From: Amoebophrya sp. A120
Lineage: Eukaryota; Protista; Dinoflagellata
DNA: 64,000 nt
Direction of reading: 5' to 3'
NCBI GenBank assembly: GCA_905178155.1
Contig: CAJINV010000017.1
Span: 860,722 to 924,721 of the forward strand
Shown here: piece after piece, positions 11,520 to 23,769 of the stretch
How positions within the stretch are numbered: the first letter of the stretch is position 1
Layout of the letters: each line of letters starts with the position of its first letter
Notes under the pieces: model-generated
The model's input: the letters and a program-made list of their open reading frames with translations, nothing else
What the model was told of the DNA's origin: nothing
Database searches by the model: none
Position numbers and translations under genes: made by a program

Positions 11520-13645
11520 ATGTCCTTTCCTGGTGCGACCTCCTCCTGCTCTCCCTCCGACCCGTTGTGCCCCGGACCTTTAACCCCGACAGGAGCTTCC
11601 TCGTCGTCGGTCTCTTCGAGTTCATCGTCTTTTGCCCAGCAGCAGCCGAACCTCCCGCCCTACGGCTACGGTGCACAGCAGCTGCAACAAGTACAGCAGC
11701 AGGTTGTGGATTATTCCGGTGGTAACGTCAATTATCCACCCAACACCGATCACGGGGGAGCAAATGATTTGTATGCGGCGCAGCAGCAGCAGCAGCAGGA
11801 CTACTACAACAACCAACAGCCCCCGCCCTTTGACCCGACCCAACCTCCGCCCCCGACGAGTTTTCCCTCCTCCTTCGAACTCGACGGCAACTTCAGTCCG
11901 GACCAAACGAACGCGCTGTCATTTTTCGCGCAGAGGAGCAGCGCGGTCGGCCTCTTGGTCCTCTGTTTCGCCGCCCTGCTGGCGATCAGCTGCTTCTGCG
12001 CGTTCCAGGCGAGAAAACTGCCCAGCTGGGTACACCGAGCCTACGTGGGGTTCACGGCGGGCATCTTCATGCACGGGGCGATACCCAAAGTCTTTCTGAA
12101 GCTGCTCTGGCTCTGGAACGGATACATACCCAAGGCGGCGCCGATCTATTACGTGGTTCGTCAGATTAAAAGTTTTTTGTTGTCTGCAGTTTTTGATGGT
12201 ACAGAAAAAATCGCCTCGCAAAGCTGTAGTGCTCCGCTCGCTCGTCAACAACTACAACTTGCATTGGAATCTTCGCATGACAAGTCGTCGTACTTCTAAT
12301 ACCCTCTCATGGACGCATCATCTGGTGCATGAGCAGGATGTGGCCGCGCATTTACTTAGTTACTTTTTTTAGCATGTATGTTTAAATTTTTTGATTTTGT
12401 TTACTTTACTGATTGGTAAATAAATTGAACTACAGGGCCACGTCCTCGTTCTCTCATCCTTGTACGCCTTCATCACGGTTTCCTATTCTCCAGCGAAGCT
12501 GTTCGCCTTAGGATGCTATGCACTGCAAAAGTGCTCACACTCACTGCTACCATGATTGTGCAAGACCACTATCACTACGACTACACGTAGTGGTAGTTGA
12601 TCCATATGATATGTTGAAAGTAGAAGTGGAAGAACAAACCAACACAACGGCTTTGCTGGGATGTATCTGTATCATCCACTCTGAGCTAATATTAAAAAGA
12701 AAAACTGCGTCAGTCATGCGGTCGTAAATAGTGCACTTTTGCAGGGGATGACGAGTCCGGGGGGCTTTTCCTAATGAGTTGGTTCACGCGCACAACTTCT
12801 GTGATCCAACAGGCTCTCGCGGGAGGACCGGGAAAGTACGCGGAACTTTCGATGGGAGCGGGCTACTACCCGGTCCTGCACACACTCACCCTGGTCACCG
12901 CCGGGGCCACCGGGGGAATATTCTTGTGCTCCGTGATGAAAAAGCGGTCGGACTTTCTGTACGTGCTCGGTCTGTGCTTCCTGTACGCGTTCTGCATCGA
13001 GGGCGCCGTGGCCGAGCTTTGCGTGGCCACAACCATTTTACTGTACAATAACCATTTTTCATTTTCGTCATAAAGTTCCCCTTTGTTTTCAAGGAGCTTC
13101 CGTGCGGGTGCATCATGATGAAGGTTGAGATGAACATAAAATAACTGCAAATTATTTATTGAATCTGAGGTCTCCGGTCGGTAACACGGGTGGCGACGGG
13201 CAGCGCCTGTACTTTATCCTGAGCGACCTCGTCACGCGCACTTTGGACACCGAGGATGCGCGAATAATTGGCCTCGCCGGGTGGCGAACAATTTACCATA
13301 GGAGATTGGTGCTACCATTCGAGGGGTTGGGAAATCTGGTATCGGACATAATGCGTTTTGTTCAAAGTACTGTAGTACATTTGAATGTCGGTATAGTCAT
13401 GAATCTATGTTGTATAGCTGCTATAGGATTTGAAGCAGGATCCATTCCTGAATAGCTGCACTAGAAAGCGGAACAGCCATGCTGTGCTACTTTTGCCTGT
13501 GGTTGTCTCCGTTTGCTTTGTGGTTGGTTCTGTAGGTTGTATCATGCTGTCGTTGCTGGTGGTGGTTCCGGCTCTGACTCTTGTGACTATTATTTGCAGA
13601 AGAAAAAAGCGTCCAATCCCAATGAGCGGAAAACATATGATGTGA
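11520..13645 (+). CDS. Polytopic membrane protein, paralogue 3 (Gln/Pro-rich N-terminus)
   Basis: LFLMSWF and YAFCIEGAVAELCV match paralogue 1 FFLMSWM and YAFAFTGALVELCV. Shares a phase-2 GT intron after ELCV….L with paralogue 1. 3' end less certain. Confidence 0.65.
12517..12750. mobile_element. Degenerate TIR introner (boundaries ambiguous)
   Basis: tatgcactgcaaaagtgc / gcacttttgcag. Both removal of element plus 5 nt and a GC-AG intron at 12515-12744 are in frame. Confidence 0.6.
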
Positions 13646-14032
13646 TTATGAAGAACTTTCTCAACAGCCCGACTACTCGCTCGCGATGGAGGCGAATATG
13701 CTGTTATGAAAACGAAGCATCATCGTGATCGGTTCTTCGTCGATCGACGTTGGGCAAGAAGATACTAGAGGTTTTTTTCTAATATCAGCATCAAGATAGA
13801 GGAACTGGTATAATGTCAAATATCAAATAGCTATGGAACAAACTATCTAGTACTAGTACCCAAGAAAACTACCTGTGTGTCACGCAAGAATGAATTCAGA
13901 AACAGGTCGTGGCCTGCAGCTCTCATGCTCAGACTACTACCTAGCTCCATTTGAAGAACGAACTCCTGGAACTGCCCTCGATGTTTTTCTTCGTTTTCAT
14001 AGCAGGAAGATTATTCGGAAGTGGATCCCGTA

Positions 14033-17000
14033 ATGGATGACGCGTTCGAACCACTGAAGCAGATTACGCAATACAAGCTCCTGCCTTTTCGGCCCGCAGA
14101 TTTGTCGTGCAGAATGTGCAAACTATTTCATCCTCGGCCTAAACCTAATTGTAATTCAAATTCTCCTTCTGTGATGCCAATGCAAAAAAATATCAAGGTC
14201 GCTCATACTTTTACCTCTCGTGTTGTCCTTTGGCGGGCAAAGACTGCCACGACATGTTCATTTTGTCGCACCACGTACTGCTGCTCATGTCCTTATTTTC
14301 TACCGAAGTATTCTCCATTTTGCTTTGCAAGCAGGAGGACAGGATGTCGGTCCATCTGGTGAACAACAGTGATTCTTTCTCATGCTGGAAGGGCACGATA
14401 TTGTTCGCATTGCATACAGATCGCGGACCGAGCCTTCGAGAGGTCTTCAGTTCTGACGAATTTTCCCGCTTTTTCTCTGTTGTTCACTCTATTCTCGGGG
14501 TTGTTTCTGTCCACGCTACTCCGGTTCTCGAGCACACAGGAGCAGGAAAGGATCTGGCGCCACCAGGGATTCGAACCCTTCATCGTGCTCCGCGCCTGGA
14601 TATCCTCGGTCATTTTTTCACGTACACGTACAAGAAATGCGGTTTTTGCATGAGCAATCCCAGTAGTCTACTGTAATGTTAAATTGGCGAAATGTACTGT
14701 GTTGCATTTTGTGCATGTGCGGAAATAATTTTTTTCCATTGCATACTGAAAACACCCACCCCCGAACGCGCAGCTGGTTCCTACCGCACACGACTACAAC
14801 GAGGGAATGCACTCCGGATTCGAGGAAAGCGAAACGGTCAACCCTATGGGCGAACCACTCGCGGCGGTCGGGCTGCAACCCATACCAGAGGGAGAACAAG
14901 TACAAGCAGCCACAGTTGTTCCAGTGGAAATGAGCTACGTCAACACGGGTAAAAAAAACGCGAGAAGTAGAACAACACCAAGCGCAGCACCAGCTGCCGA
15001 GGGCGAAGCGTTCGACGTGAGCAGCAACGCGCTTCCCGCCCCGATGGAATACGGTGCGGACGACGGATATGGGAGTGTCAGGATCGAAATCGTCAAAGTT
15101 GAAATACTTTGTGATGCATAAAATCGATAATCAGCTGGAAGCCCGATTTCCAAGCCGCGCATGACAAATTTTCCGAGCTCCGGAGTCCAATTTATCATGC
15201 TGTTTGGGCACAGATGACTGCTTTTGTGATGCTGCTTGACTTAGAAGCTCTATTTCAAACCCTGAAGAGGCCCACAATCGGCCTCACTTGCCATCCCGGC
15301 AAGACAGCCACTTCATGTCTTGCATTTGATGCATGACAAATCATTTCAACTTTGTCGATGTCAAACCTGACGCTTCCATCACGGCCGTGGCGAAGAGGTG
15401 ACGTTGCTCCCCAGCGGAAACGATTTTGTTCCCGAAACCGCCGCGAAAACAATAAATCCGAATGACGGGGTGAACAACGTCAAGAATTTAGTGGACAGCG
15501 CCGCAGCGGCGCCGGGGGATGGTACATCAAGTACAACGGGAGCAGAACTTAGCGCGCAACAAGTGCACGATTACAATTTCATGATGTTCAATCAACAGGA
15601 CGGGTCCTTTTCGGACTACACCCCGCCGCCCGGTGCTGGCAACATGCCAGGCACAGGAGCCCTGACAGCAGGAGGCGCTGTTGTTTCTGCTGGCGGTCAG
15701 GAAAATCCGCTGGGGACTGCAACCTTTGGTGGGGCCTCCTTCGCTGCCCCGCCCGCGGATGGCTCTTCGTATCAAACAGCAGGTTCAAGTATCGTACTCG
15801 TACGAGGAATCGCAATACTGCATGACAGATCTCGCCAGATTTTCTTTGCAAAAGTTAATGCAATTTGTGCTCATGATGCGAATGCGATACGTTTGCAATG
15901 CATACTTCAGGCATGATGTTGATGTCGCAGAATCAACAGGAGGTGCAGCCGGATGGAGGTTTCGAGGGACAGTACATGTATGACGAGCACGGAAACTTGA
16001 TCCTGCAGTACGAAGGCAACGATTTTTACGGAGACCAGGAACTGCAAATCCGGCAGAGCGCCGCGGAGCAGGAGCTGCAACTTATGGATTAAAAACAAGG
16101 ATTACACTTTTTTCGCGGCGCATCATGACCAACCAGAGTTTTTATTTTTGCAAGAGCAACGACAACGAGACATAACGAAAACGACCACAGATCGAGCAGG
16201 ACATTCTGTTGCGAAGATGCTGTGGCGTATATGTATCGACAACAAATAACAATTTCTATTTCTTGTATTGAAACGCGAAGAGAAAAATAGTCTTCGTCAA
16301 CATGTGGCGGATAGTAAGAACTACTTGTGTTCCACCCTACTTGCATACTTGAGTATGAGGACCAGAACTTCCCGAAGCCGATCTACGAGCCCAGCGCCTG
16401 CAGCGTCGCGTGGCTTCCGCTGACAAAGCGAAACGAGAAGTACGTGCGGAATCTAGTGTACTGTGCGGACAGTCGACTCGCACCCTGGGAGCTGGGGGAA
16501 ATCACGGAAACGGGGTATCTGACGCCCGGTGGCGGTATTAAGACGCCGCTTCTGGCGGTCGGAGACAGGCGGCAGCAGGACACCGAAGAAGCTGAGCACG
16601 AGGCTATGGATTGCAAATATGTTTGGGTCTGGAAGAATACAAACTTGTGATGCGCATTTCGGAACACAGAAAAACAAAAATCTCTCATGCATACATAGGT
16701 AGCAAAAGCTGCCCACTTTCTGTCACCGAAATGGGGGATTCGTCATGCGGATTCGGCATTGCGGAGGTTTCTCGAAACCTGTGATGCTAGAGCTTCCATG
16801 CCAGACCTTCTGTGTCATGCAAAAACAGCATGACCCTTCAAGACCCGGACACTTTTGCATTTGACAGAAGCACGGAAGAAACAAATCTACGAGGAGTCCA
16901 TGGCGCAGGAAAAGTACGCGGCGCAGTCAAAAAAAGGCTTCACCCCGGATATAACCCGCTCAGGTGTTTTTACAGTCTGAAACGTTACAATAGAATCTGG

Positions 17001-17713
17001 AATTTGTGTTGCAAAGTGCGCAACAGCTGGCCTACTCCCACAGGAGCGCGCATGACAAGTTTCGGAGCTCCAAACCCCATGAGAATCTGACGAAATTTGT
17101 AGTGCGAAGAGCCCAAGTCTCTGTATGGTACTCATGCTGTTCATGCAAGACAAATTCCAGACTCTGTTGTAAGGTTTGAGATTGTAACATCTGAGCAAGC
17201 CATACCGGAAAGCGGGCCGACGCTCACGGCAGAGATCGCGGAGGGTTCCTTTCTCGGGGATAAGAGCAGTGCCATGCCTATGAAGTTCTCAAGCGTTACA
17301 TTCTCAACTGTTACATGAATTTGTAATGCAGGAACGAATGGCAAAACCAAAAGTCAAAGGGTGGAGACTGCACCTGTAGCATTACAAATTCCGCACAGAA
17401 GATTTAGGCAATGTTTAGCCCTGCTTCGCAGATTTGTCATGCGAAGCAGCTTGATCGTGTGGATGATGATGGTAGTTTTGCATGACAAATCCATTGAGCA
17501 GCAGCTGAGAGTGTGACGTTTGAGAGCCCCATGATAATGCCAACGAGCGAACGCGGTATGGATTCCATCGTCTCCGCGAACTTTGACCCAGATGTGCTGG
17601 ACACAAAGGCCTTCCAGAAGTTCGAGAGAAAGCACACCACCGCGGACCTCCTTCCGGGTATCGAATCGATGGAGCAGAGCCAGCTGCGAAGCAGTGGCTT
17701 TGATAACGAATAG
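14033..17713 (+). CDS. Hypothetical low-complexity protein (multi-exon; 5' end uncertain)
   Basis: Continuous frame from about 14750 to TAG at 17713 after removing introners at 15068, ~16083, 16605, 16950 and 17279 and the GT-AG intron 15789-15910. No family recognised. Confidence 0.55.
15068..15380. mobile_element. TIR introner with long imperfect TIR
   Basis: tatgggagtgtcagg..atcgtcaaagttgaaat / atttcaactttgtcgat..cctgacgcttccatc; DR acgga/acggc; in frame. Confidence 0.85.
16605..16866 (-). mobile_element. TIR introner, family C, inverted relative to the other copies
   Basis: Its sequence is the reverse complement of the 20402/57192 copies at the ends and in the interior; DR gaggc/gaagc; in frame (HEA|RKKQ). 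Confidence 0.88.
16950..17204. mobile_element. TIR introner with ~60-bp imperfect TIR
   Basis: gctcaggtgtttt..acaatagaatctggaatttgt vs acaaattccagactctgttgt..aacatctgagc; perfect DR ccgga; in frame. Confidence 0.9.
17279..17536. mobile_element. TIR introner
   Basis: tctcaagcgttacattctcaactg / cagctgagagtgtgacgtttgaga; perfect DR atgcc; in frame. Confidence 0.88.
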
Positions 17714-19600
17714 CGCAACAAGATTTGTTGAAAAGACGGAGACGAGAATCACAAGGACAGCGACGGAGGTGGTAAGTAACGAGTGGACGACAGTAACTTG
17801 ATGGCAGCACCATGATATTACGACCATTTGATTCGATGTTTAGTTACGCCGACTGTTACTTCCAAGAAAAGTTGGCATGGGATCAATGGTACAAGACAAC
17901 CTGACCTCGAGAATACTGAACTCGCGGCTTCCGCAGTAGAAAAGCGACGTTGTCGTTTGTCGTGGATTGGATGGATTGCCACTCGTAGGATAGTTGCAGA
18001 GGATGGTATGTAGTCCTCAGTTCGTGTCGTCCGCAGCAAACAAAAAAATGAAGATGGACGACAAGAAGGCGTTATTTCAGAATTGGTGTTCTTTGTGTAG
18101 TCGAGCGAAATGCAGCAGGCTCTGTATGTTTGTTCGTGCACCGTTTTTTTCTTGTTCCAGGAGAACAGAATGATATATCAACATCCCTACGGCAACGGCG
18201 TGCTTTATGCGAAAAAAAGAAAACAGGCAAAAGCGCCAAGGCAGTGCGCAAGTCAGCAACGAGGAGCTTCGTTGCGAAGCAACTCTTGTGAACTCTCCTA
18301 CAAAAAGACTTTGCAGAGTTGAGTAGAGATACCACGTTGAATAAAAGGAATGGAGAAAAAATTGAGAAGGTGCTATTCCTATTTTTAATTTCAGCTCTAC
18401 CACGCAGGTGTGATAATGATCCGAATAAAACAGTCATCTGTAATATCTGTTATTTTTAGTTGTGTGCAGCTGCAGAAGTTGAAAGAAAATTACGAGGAAG
18501 TGGAAGTGCTGTATTTGGCATCGGCACCAATCGAACACGAAACGAAACGCAATCAATGAAAATAATGTTCGCCTATCGGTGTTGTAGAACTGGAGCATGA
18601 CGAGCACCTTTTAATCATAAAAGTTGGTTGCCAGCAATGGTGCAACGTGATGGTCAATGTCCTTGATCCAGGTCCTACATTTTAGTTTTACCATTCATCA
18701 AGACGACATTTTTATCAGTACAGCAATTCTATATTTTTCATCTGGCGAACGCGAAGGTGACTATTTTTTTAATATTGATGCGCATGCGGGTACTACTGCC
18801 ATGGAGTCGCAGTGTATCACAACAAGTATAGTTGCATAAAACAACATATATTCCTTTGAAATTTGAAAGAAATTTGTAGTTCTTACAGTATGTTTCCTAG
18901 CAGCAGCAGCACCGCGTGATACGAGGGGGCACGAGGAGTGAGTATTGGCGACTGCTGTGAAGGAACGCAAGTTCTTGTGCGGCAAAAAACGCATCGCAAG
19001 TTCTTGTGCGGCAGCTGCTCAGCGTCATCTCCTGCTATGGTTGACGTCATCTGGTGCAGTAGTGGTCACAGCACTATGATCTTCGGCAGGAGCTTCAGGA
19101 GTACCAGAAGATCGTCTGAAGAGATAAAGAAGAAGAAGAACCGTCCATCTCGCATGGAGGAAAAAGGTGGACTTGCGGGTCCGTAGCAAGAACTAGTACT
19201 ACACTAGATTGAATTCATCTTCACGGTCTTTCGATAATTTCAACTTCATTGCGTCGGACTGACTGGTAACCACCCAGCCTGAGCATTCGACGAACTCACG
19301 GTGCAAGCCGCACGAGGACACCTTGTTCGCAAAGGCCACGACAAGTCGAAGTAGCTCAAGAACTTTGTCGGACTAGAGGACCGTCGAAATGAGAAGAACA
19401 AGAAAGGGCTGCCAGCACGAGAATTTGGGCGAAGACTTTTCCCGAAAAACGAGGTAACTAAGGGGAAGAAGTAGAGTCTGAATCTGAACACCTTGTCCCA
19501 CATTATCTTCTTGCGCATCAAACATCGGTCCGCGCGGCGCGCCCTCTTCGCCGGAAATTAGAGGACCACCCTCCACCAGCAGAGAAACAATACCAAAGCC

Positions 19601-22600
19601 ATGTCTGGCGGTGTCGCCTCTCGGGAGACGGTGCAGCAGGCTGCGTCGGACCTACCGCCTGCCTCGGTATCCCCCAGCAGCGCCGAACATGTGCCAAAGT
19701 CTCCGCAGCAGTCCCCCAAATCCTCCATGCGGTCGTTGTCCGGCATCTCGGAGGCGGAAATTTATCAGGGGGACGCGAACGCCACGCATCTGCCCCCCGT
19801 GTACGAGAATCACGGCCAGTCGCTGGAGATGTTTCTTACGCCCGCCGAGAAGCAGGCGTTCACGGAATGGATGGAGCCAGATAATGACTACTCTTTTCTC
19901 ACGCATTGGCTCGACTACCTCGGGGTGTTCAGCTTTCTATCCCGCCGGGTCCTGTCCGAGCGCATAGCGCCGAACCTGCTCTGCCTCCTCGGGCTGCTGG
20001 CCATAATACAGAACTGGTACGTTATCAAAGTGAAAAATCCCCCCTCCCCATACTGAAACGGAAATTTCTGTTGCTGGATTTGTGTACACAAATCAGCTTT
20101 GTGTTGCAGTATAGGACTGCAGGCAGATACAATGCCTAGACGGGGCTGGATAGAGGTGGGCGCTCAGCATGGCAGACGTCTACCCTTTTGGTGCAGCAGC
20201 ATCACAAATCGCCTGCGTAAAACGGCGAAAGCTCTGGCTTTGCTCTCTTGCAAGACGGACCTCATTTGTGACCACAAACCAGCAGCGCAAATCTTTAAAA
20301 GGATGCCTTTTCGGTATGGGGAAGGGGGATAATTTTTCCCTTTGATATACGTGGTGTTGCAGTACGACGACATCAAATACGAGTCGTTCACGACGGTGTC
20401 CTATCAAATGCAAATATGTCTGGGTCTGGAAGAGTGCAGATTTTTGTCATGCTGTTTTTGCATGACACAGAATGTCTGTCACGGGAGCCCTAGCATCACA
20501 GATTTCGAAGAGCTTCTGCATTGCTTAATCCGCATGATAAATGCCCCACTTTGGTGTTGACAGGAAATGGACATCTTTTGCTGCCTATGCATGAGAGACG
20601 TGTCTGTGTTGGGAAATGCGCATCACAAGTTCGCATCCTTCGTCCAGACCCAGACATATTTGCAATGCATATGTCCACCCTGGTCGCCCTCGCCTTCTAC
20701 TACATTTGCCACTGCCTGCACAAGCGACACGCGGAGCGGCTGATGAACGACACGCCGCTGACGTTCCTCTTCAAGCACATCTGCGACACGCTGGTGCTGG
20801 TCTTTCTTGTGTCGGCGGTTTCCAAAATGTTCACCGACTCCGACCTGGAGATGCACTGGATCGCCGTGCACAGCTGCCAGCTGATCCTCTTCTACAAGCA
20901 CCTGTCCGCCTACGCGCGGGAGGCGGGGATACGCTACTTCTGGTTCATCGGGCCGGGCGAGATGGTCATCGTCACCATCTACTTCCTGGCTCTGAAGGCG
21001 ATGTTCGGGCTGGACTGGTAAGGGGGTCATGATGGTCTTGAAGTTGATTGTTTGTGTTGCACTTAAGTTGCAAAGAAATATGTTGATGAAGATGGATCTT
21101 AATTGACAAGCGCCTCAAAACATTTATTTTCAGCATGGATTCACGAAAATTCCCTTCCAGGTTGATACAGCAGTACCTTCTTCTCTACCAGGCCGGGCAC
21201 GAGATGCTTGTCCGCATGGTTGGGCTGGATGCCTACTTTCCTGCGCGGGAATATTCCTGGATCTCGCAGCCGCGACCCAACCCAATAACGCTGATGAAAG
21301 ACCTATGCGTGTTATGCAGGAAAAAGACTGTCTTTGTTAAGTAGTGTAAGAACTCTTTTAGCAGGGGAAACAGCATGGAAAATCACTCTGGCACGTCGTG
21401 ACAGCAAAAACTAAAACTTGCCACGAGCAGGTAGTATGTAGTACGTCAAAAATGCGTATAAAACTATCCTAAGATGACGTATGTGCATAGCAACAACTCT
21501 ATCGTACGCAGCAAGAGCAACCCAGAGTTGTTATCACACGACTTACGCGGTTTCTTTTTCTGGCATACGTGTCCGTTTACTGCATCACTTTCATCGCCAT
21601 TGTGGTTGCGCTTTTACTGAGACGGAAGGTATTGAACTCCGAACTCGACGCAAACATCCATAAATTTTGATCTAGATTTTACTTGTAACCCTGACCTGCT
21701 TTGAAAAATTGAATTGTGGATATGGGAAAAGAACTAGAGCATGGTGAACGACGAGAATACAATCAAGAAACCGATTCTGTACCCGTAAGAACGAATTTCA
21801 TTTTTACCAGATCAGCAACGACAACCATAACCCCCTATAACAGGTACCCAACTTCACAAAACTTTCGGTGATGTTCATTCTGACCTACAGGATGATTCCC
21901 ACCTTTTTCCGCTTCCTCATCCGGTACTCAGTCTATGCGAATGAAGAAATAAACTCGCCTTCCGCTTCCCTTTATTGATTTGTGATGCAGCAAGGCAGTA
22001 TATTACTTATGCCTTGGCTGGCCCTGGTGCTTTTTTGCATGGCAAGGTCTCTGCCCGGAACAAGCCGGCACAACAAGAAGAAATTGCTGTATTGTTCCCT
22101 CAACGGCAGCTCCTGTTCCTGTTGATGTCCAAGAAAATCAAATGAAGGAAAAGCAAAAGCATGAGTTATTTCCACTTCCATAGTTTAACCGAGCCGGCCA
22201 CAAGCTTTTCGGCAACTAGCATGAACCCCGCGGCGCCTTCAATCCTGCTTCTTTCGCAGCACATCCCCAAGAATTCGCTCAGTGTGGAGGGGATCATCGT
22301 CGAGGCGCTGTTCATGACCGTAGTGACCACGGACATTGTGCTCGCAAAAATGGCGAAGCGCGATCTGTTATGCATTTTTGCAAAAGTTGTCTATGTGGTC
22401 GTGCTCGTGGTAATATACAAGAACTCGGCTTGCTCCAATTTTTGCAAGATGAGGTAGAAGAATACCATTGCATTTTAACCCGAGCAGGACGAGACTTGCT
22501 TTATTTCAGTAAACGTTGCGCAGCACTTTTTTCAAGATTTTAGAGGTTTTCCGAATTAAAATGCATTGCGTACTACTGTACGTAGTACACGACCACCAGA

Positions 22601-23769
22601 ACAACTTTTTGGTTTTGCACATTCATATTTGCACCCCTGGCTACTGTTGATGTGTTTTTCACATTTGTTTCCGTACACGCACGTGGGCACGCTGTTTTTC
22701 ACCTGTTTCTACTACGGCGCCGTGTTGGCGGACCTCTGCTGGCACATGAACTTGCCGCTTTTGGTGAACGTGAAAAATGTCTACTGCGACGGTGTCTTTG
22801 ACCTGTGCCATGTGGGCCATAAGAACCTCTTCAGGTATAATATTACAGATGACCATTTTCATTTGAAGATACGGATTTCATCATCGCATTTTTTTGAAGT
22901 TCTCTATGTCGAGCCTTCTAAAAGTAAGCTGCGCACCAAAAACCACAGCCATAAGTATCAAAATCATGATAAAAATCAATAAATCTGTTTCCAAAATAAA
23001 AAGGTCTGCTCTGAAGTACGGGAATCGGCTGTTTGTCGGCGTGTGTGGTGACGCAGACTGTGCGAACTACAAGCGACCGCCGATTATGTCCCACGCAGAG
23101 AGTTATGCAGGGGAAATATCTTCGAAGATCTGGGTCATCTGGTGGAACAAAGCAAACTGGTTGTAATGCATATTGATGTCAGGAAAGAATAAGAACATGA
23201 GTTGTAGCAGCACTAGATTTGAAGGTACTTCAGTCGAATAAAGCCGACTCAGTGGAGATTGCGAAAGAATGCCGCTATGGCGCTCTCTCATGTTGCAAAC
23301 CCGGAACTGCTTCGTCAGTTGTGAAAAAAAATAAGCTTGTCATGCTTGGTCACAGCTCACAGAAATTGAAATCCAAAATTTCAGTTTCTCGAAAATCTTA
23401 GTTAGAATAATGTTGTTGACAAAGAACGACCCAGGTGACGTGAAGATCTTTGTCCTTCTTGATAAGCAGTGTCGCGAAATTATGGGGTGCAAGGCGGTCA
23501 CTCGCGTGATCCCGAACGCGCCCTGCTTCGGACTCACCGAGGAGTTTTTAAGGCAGCACCGGATCCACATCGTGTGTTGCGGCTCGGAGTACGTGGAACG
23601 CTTTCCGGACCCGAAGGACGATCCGTACTACCGCGTGCCACGGGAAATGGGCATCGCCCGTCCGCTACCGAGGTACCAATCCCTGTCTACGTCCGACCTG
23701 ATCCGGAGGATACAGAGCTTAACCAGGGCGGCCGACGAGAGAAACGACAAATCTACGGCGTCTTCGTGA
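19601..23769 (+). CDS. Fusion: degenerate CDP-alcohol phosphotransferase (CEPT-like) membrane domain + C-terminal choline/ethanolamine-phosphate-type cytidylyltransferase (10 exons)
   Basis: N-terminal half has IAPNLLCLLG and a decayed CDP-OH motif (CHCLHKRHAERLMNDTPLTFLFKHICD). C-terminal half has YCDGVFDLCHVGH (HxGH), LFVGVCGD, KRPPIMSHAER and RYQSLSTSDLIRRI. 4 GT-AG introns plus 5 introners. Confidence 0.85.
20023..20347. mobile_element. TIR introner
   Basis: tatcaaagtgaaaaat..ccccatac / gtatgggg..atttttccctttgata; perfect DR tacgt; in frame. Confidence 0.9.
20402..20671 (+). mobile_element. TIR introner, family C
   Basis: tatcaaatgcaaatatgtctgggtctgga / tccagacccagacatatttgcaatgcata; perfect DR tgtcc; only a 49-nt exon separates it from the previous introner. 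Confidence 0.93.
21313..21567. mobile_element. TIR introner
   Basis: tatgcaggaaaaaga / tctttttctggcata; perfect DR cgtgt; in frame. Confidence 0.85.
22369..22627. mobile_element. TIR introner (degenerate)
   Basis: tatg…caaaagttgt / acaactttt…cata; DR tctgt/tttgc; gives KRDL|HPW. Confidence 0.75.
23104..23464. mobile_element. TIR introner inside the cytidylyltransferase ER motif
   Basis: tatgcaggggaaatatcttc…ctgggtc / gacccag…gaagatctttgtccttcttgata; DR agagt/agcag; a junction after DR position 4 gives the conserved E-R. Confidence 0.85.

Noticed and set aside
14097-16352. Further possible introners at about 14102-14416, 14620-14745 and 16083-16347
   Set aside because: Frames can be joined but TIRs or DRs are too decayed to fix boundaries, so they are not listed as features.
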